Positions 7,882-11,891 of a DNA stretch of 11,891 bases are shown one piece after another. Position numbers and translations under genes: made by a program. The stretch comes from Armatimonadota bacterium (GTDB lineage Bacteria > Armatimonadota > Hebobacteria > CAIYQO01), in assembly GCA_038248345.1 (NCBI GenBank), contig JBBRXO010000085.1:1-11891 (forward strand). The letters are read 5' to 3'. The stretch's first letter is position 1, and every line of letters starts with the position of its first letter. Below the pieces are notes generated by a model. It saw only the letters and a program-made list of their open reading frames with translations. It did not search any database and was not told the DNA's origin.

Positions 7882-8523
7882 GGTAGTGCCTCCCTAATTA
7901 AACGTGTTTACTCGGTATCTGCTTCAATTCCATAATCCGCGAAGACGAGCGACATATCTATCCTCAAACCCGGCAGGATATGTACATTGGGGGTATCTTT
8001 GCTGTCGTAGCGCTTCGGCAGGTTATATTTTTTGCTTTCATTGCGCAGGTAGACGATAACCATTTTTTTATCCGGATATACAATCCACAGCTCACGTACC
8101 CCCGCCCGCTCGTACAGCGCTTTTTTTATTGTGGTGTCAATTTTTGCCGTTGATGGCGAGAGTATCTCAATCACCATGTCAGGTGCGCCGACGCAAACAC
8201 GACCGTGATTCGCAATTTTGTTCCGATCACAGATAACTACTATATCAGGCTGTACTACCGTTTCAATGTCTTCTTCATCTTCCCCTTCTTCTGGTAATAC
8301 AACATCGCAAGGCGCTATAAAGGGGATACACGGTTTACCCAACAGGTAATTTGCCAATTGTCTGTAGATCTCCCCTGCGATGAATTGGTGTTTATATGTC
8401 GGCGCCGGCGACATATCATATGCTACGCCCTCGATAATCTCCCAGCGCTCGCCCTCGGGCCAGTGCAGGTAGTCACCGTAGGTGTATTTAAGTTCTTCTT
8501 TGCGCATCGATAATGCCATGGTA
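7808..8523. repeat. 78-bp exact direct repeat (7808-7885 = 8446-8523) at the 5' ends of Uma2 copies B and A
   Basis: Base-by-base comparison; similarity continues through the RBS with one mismatch. Confidence 0.9.
7908..8519 (-). CDS. Uma2/DUF820-family endonuclease, copy A
   Basis: Same motif set. Start placed at 8519 (MALSMRK) by the GGAGG RBS at 8527-8531 and by identity with copy B. Confidence 0.92.
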   Translation of the reverse strand: MALSMRKEELKYTYGDYLHWPEGERWEIIEGVAYDMSPAPTYKHQFIAGEIYRQLANYLLGKPCIPFIAPCDVVLPEEGEDEEDIETVVQPDIVVICDRNKIANHGRVCVGAPDMVIEILSPSTAKIDTTIKKALYERAGVRELWIVYPDKKMVIVYLRNESKKYNLPKRYDSKDTPNVHILPGLRIDMSLVFADYGIEADTE

Positions 8524-8546
8524 ATGCCTCCATTATTCATGACAAC

Positions 8547-8575
8547 ATTTTATGCTAAAACCATGAAATTCGCAA
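8547..8575 (-). promoter_or_regulatory. Sigma70 promoter for the Uma2 array
   Basis: TTGCGA-N17-TAAAAT on the minus strand, downstream of the pgk terminator. Confidence 0.65.
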
Positions 8576-8592
8576 TATTCACCAGTAACACA

Positions 8593-8624
8593 AAGGGCAC
8601 AGAGATAATAATCCCTGTGCCCTT
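8593..8624 (-). terminator. Terminator after pgk
   Basis: Minus strand AAGGGCACAG-GGAT-tatt-ATCT-CTGTGCCCTT, then TGTGTT; the G-U pair favours the minus strand. Confidence 0.7.
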
Positions 8625-8649
8625 GGTATGTACTGGGTTTGTTTGTGGT

Positions 8650-9873
<1,224 letters not shown>

Positions 9874-9949
9874 TGTCGTATGCCTCCATGAAAATATTAT
9901 ATCTAGTATATCAAGTGTAGATTACGCGCGGGTTTCGCCTTTTTATACC

Positions 9950-9983
9950 ACAGACGAGCGAGCATATTCGCCCGCTCGTCTGT
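9950..9983. other. Intergenic stem-loop between gap and pgk
   Basis: 11-bp perfect stem ACAGACGAGCG/CGCTCGTCTGT, plus 3 more pairs on the minus strand. Confidence 0.7.
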
Positions 9984-10031
9984 TTTATGGTACTGACATG
10001 CGCGGGGTATCCAGGGACACCACCGTTATTT

Positions 10032-11144
<1,113 letters not shown>

Positions 11145-11159
11145 ACACAGGCCAGACAT

Positions 11160-11189
11160 ATAATAGTAAAAAACTGTTAGTGGTGTCAA
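11160..11189 (-). promoter_or_regulatory. Sigma70 promoter for gap-pgk
   Basis: TTGACA-N18-TATTAT on the minus strand. Confidence 0.7.
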
Positions 11190-11230
11190 TACCAAAATGA
11201 GTTCCATGTTCCAATTCCAAGGTTTTTGTT

Positions 11231-11329
11231 TTCGTGGCATGGGCGTCTCGAAGATCATGAGGTTCTCGAATGACGCCCATGCGAACGGGATTGTAATTCC
11301 TGGCCTCACGGGCTTTGGCCCGTGGGGCC
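11231..11329. repeat. Cluster of GC-rich inverted repeats (REP-like or structured RNA)
   Basis: GCATGGGCGTC (11237-11247)/GACGCCCATGC (11272-11282), and GGCCTCACGGGC-TTTG-GCCCGTGGGGCC (11302-11329). Confidence 0.6.
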
Positions 11330-11432
11330 TCTCCCATCTCTTGCCTTCCCCTCCCAAATTCGGTACTCTCAATACATGATTAGTACAGTGAAGAGTAGAA
11401 TCCGTGGAGAAATGCAATGCATCATTCTATCG

Positions 11433-11789
11433 TTAGTCTTCTGAAGGACTAATCAATAGCTGTAGTTGCACCAATTGCGGATATCTGAACGGGAGCAGCT
11501 GCAATTCAAAGGGAAGAATCATGTTCATGGTTGCATCCAGATTAACATCCAAAATATCATGGTCATCACAATAGCAGGCTATGAGTTTGATATAACGCCG
11601 CAATATCAGCAGGGGTGGAAATGATTGTCGTTTATTCATCCACACCATCAAATCATTCCCTCGTTTCGAGCTCTTGCATGATTTGCAAGCCCACACCAGG
11701 TTATCTGCGCAGTCGGTGCCACCTTTGATGCGTGGCAACAGGTGATCTAACGATAGTTTGAGCATATTACCGCAATAGCAACATGGCAA
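11433..11789 (-). pseudogene. HNH endonuclease, probably 5'-truncated or degenerate
   Basis: CCYCG..LSLDHLLPRIKGGTD.ADNLVWACKSCKSSK. In-frame TGA at 11823-11825 lies only 11 codons upstream of the TTG, and there is no RBS at normal spacing before the TTG. Confidence 0.6.
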
Positions 11790-11891
11790 TGTGGGTATCA
11801 GGTCTGTTAACCTTCCGTAGAATCAACCACTGCCCACAAATATTTCACCACAGAGTGGTGGGACGGGCCAGTGCGGAGATTGGCGTTCCCA

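Noticed and set aside
6710..8523. Uma2 repeats as a diversity-generating retroelement or CRISPR array
   Set aside because: No reverse transcriptase or cas gene in the window, differences are not adenine-restricted, and the repeats are coding parts of paralogues rather than repeat-spacer units.
8520..8540. Longer ORF-track starts (8540; likewise 1214, 3272, 5497, 5931, 11108)
   Set aside because: Downstream ATGs have clear RBSs and match the expected N-termini.
11231..11789. Hairpins plus HNH as a HEARO/IscB-type RNA-guided system
   Set aside because: The protein is only about 118 aa, has no RuvC or PLMP motifs, looks degenerate, and the hairpins lie downstream of the gene.
11360..11812. HNH gene as an integron cassette (stop within TAAC, GTTAAC upstream)
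   Set aside because: GACTAAC does not fit RYYYAAC, and no matching GTTRRRY-ended attC palindrome was found.

Overview
Mixed core/accessory bacterial window. From left to right: a 3'-truncated RloA/AbiLi-like AAA_21 ATPase (minus strand, absent from the ORF track); a small cupin; a flotillin/SPFH gene; a secreted, divergent GH101-like glycoside hydrolase with an inserted CBM-like domain; a large (Alu-containing, Bacillus-type) SRP RNA with its own sigma70 promoter; a GNAT acetyltransferase; a three-copy mosaic tandem array of Uma2/DUF820 nucleases with its own promoter; pgk and gap, with a probable Rex operator upstream of gap; a hairpin-rich intergenic segment; and a 5'-truncated HNH gene. 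The most interesting items are the Uma2 array, whose copies swap identical DNA blocks around divergent segments, and the GH101-like enzyme with a possibly circularly permuted CBM. I cannot establish a wholly new system from the sequence alone. Family calls come from motif recognition, not database searches.
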